A stretch of 64,000 nucleotides of DNA, taken from a virus. The notes below the pieces were generated by a model. The model did no database searches and had not been told where the DNA came from. It worked only from the letters and a program-made list of their open reading frames with translations. The translations under genes were made by a program, and so were the position numbers. Positions 62,907 to 64,000 of the stretch are shown here, one piece after another. How positions within the stretch are numbered: the stretch's first letter is position 1; each line of letters begins with the position of its first letter. The DNA lies in IMG/VR virus record IMGVR_UViG_3300037882_001264, positions 38,810 to 102,809 of that record. One strand, given 5' to 3'.

Positions 62907-64000
62907 TCACGCTGGCAGTGAGTCGACCTTGACCCATGCCTTGAAGTTGCGGAACTGCGTCGTGCCCCCGAAGACGCCAAAGCCCGCGTAGCGCGCATTC
63001 GGCAGGATGGTATCGGTGTCACCCCAGTGGGCCGTCCGCAGCGTGCCGTCGATGTAGCCAAGGATTCGATTGCCGAGAACGACCAGGCGCAACTTGTGCC
63101 AACCGCTAGACAAGGCAGTAATGCTCTGTGCGCCGTAACTAGCCACGCCGTCGCGCTCGACGCGACACGAGGAGTTGCCGTCAATCCGGAACGAAAGACC
63201 AGCGCCACCAGCGGCCGAGTCAGTAAGCATGACTTGCCGGATCTTGGAGTCTGCGGCCACATCAACCTCACACTCAATGATGACCGCGAAGAATGGCTCT
63301 GTCAGTGGCGTATCCGCAGCGGCACGACACCACGATCCGTTGAGTTCGACTTGGCCGGATGTGATGGCCCAAGACCCGCCGTTTCGTGTCAGGCCAGTCA
63401 ATGTGGTGAGCGGGATGTCGACAGCAAGGCCCCACTCTTGCGACGCATCGCTGGCGGTCTGGGCGATCATGCGGATTTTGCGTGCCGCAGTGATGTTCCG
63501 CGTAGAGCCGTTGTTGTGGTATATACCGACCTTGATATACCAGCCTGCTGTCAAGTGTATCGGCACGGAGTGCGATGTTGCCCCGTTGTCGACTACGCGG
63601 TATCGGTTGAAACCCGCGAGCCCCTGGCTCACATTCGACGCATTGAACACCTCGAAGAAGATGATGCGAGTGTGCTCAGAGACGTACTCAACAAGATCGA
63701 ACTCAGCCTGGACTATGTGCCACCCTGTCGTGACGGCGTACACCCGATCGTTGTTCGCGCCAGACCACATTCCAGGCGTTGAGCCTGCGCGAGTGGTTGA
63801 TCCCTGTAAGTAGACCCACGCATCGCCAGGACCCCCAGGGTAGTTCTCGCTCGGGAACGACTGAGTCGCGGTGGCCTGCACTTCGACCTGCGCCCCGACC
63901 CCTCCGCCCCCTCCTCCAGGCCCCGTGGGGCCTGTTGCACCGTCTAGCCCAGGCGCACCAGGCAACCCCGTGGGCCCGACAGCAGCCGCTCCTGTGGGCC
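62907..64000 (-). CDS. Tail fibre / receptor-binding protein, C-terminal part (5' end outside the window)
   Basis: Frame open to 64000. Collagen-like GPTG/GxY repeats and a Gly linker are followed by two beta-sandwich domains (C1q-like, then ConA/LamG-like WHKLRLVVLGNRILGYIDG). Confidence 0.75.
   Translation of the reverse strand, partial: PTGAAAVGPTGLPGAPGLDGATGPTGPGGGGGGVGAQVEVQATATQSFPSENYPGGPGDAWVYLQGSTTRAGSTPGMWSGANNDRVYAVTTGWHIVQAEFDLVEYVSEHTRIIFFEVFNASNVSQGLAGFNRYRVVDNGATSHSVPIHLTAGWYIKVGIYHNNGSTRNITAARKIRMIAQTASDASQEWGLAVDIPLTTLTGLTRNGGSWAITSGQVELNGSWCRAAADTPLTEPFFAVIIECEVDVAADSKIRQVMLTDSAAGGAGLSFRIDGNSSCRVERDGVASYGAQSITALSSGWHKLRLVVLGNRILGYIDGTLRTAHWGDTDTILPNARYAGFGVFGGTTQFRNFKAWVKVDSLPA

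Noticed and set aside
140-63813. Many long plus-strand ORFs (e.g. 10417-12393, 29622-31931, 36201-38810, 48778-50868)
   Set aside because: They are antisense shadows of recognisable minus-strand genes caused by high-GC codon bias, and show no motifs of their own.

Overview
High-GC window from a large lytic actinobacteriophage with a contractile tail. Gene content and order resemble Bxz1/cluster C mycobacteriophages and Rhodococcus phage E3-type myoviruses; this is recognised from memory, not by a search. Every credible gene is on the minus strand, and the long plus-strand ORFs are antisense shadows. In transcription order (right to left) the window holds: a collagen-repeat tail fibre and baseplate genes (55.7-64 kb); SNF2 helicase, a candidate origin/non-coding region, phosphoesterase, HslV-like peptidase, 5'-nucleotidase and DinG; a holin-endolysin cassette; ThyX, dNMP kinase, 5'-3' exonuclease and a lytic transglycosylase; a bacterial-type replisome (DnaC, DnaB, class II RNR, primase, SSB, DnaE, RecA, PD-(D/E)XK nucleases, RuvC); a sigma-region-4 protein; the terminase; a six-domain polyvalent protein; small accessory genes; and a head-gene region with modular Zn-ribbon proteins, a glycosyltransferase pair and the portal. 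No tRNA, CRISPR array, integrase or intein was seen. The most notable unexplained structure is: (1) head-region proteins built from small modules separated by a recurring [KRH]-[TVEQ]-A motif; (2) a polyvalent GNAT/GNAT/NUDIX/NTase/ART-like/ParB protein whose first three modules open with the same LQHF peptide and DNA decamer; (3) a six-copy bipartite motif, CTGTC-N20/21-GAAGGGGTAG, in front of putative late genes; (4) a structured candidate ncRNA downstream of the terminase; and (5) a hairpin upstream of dnaE carrying the 16S rRNA 790-loop sequence.
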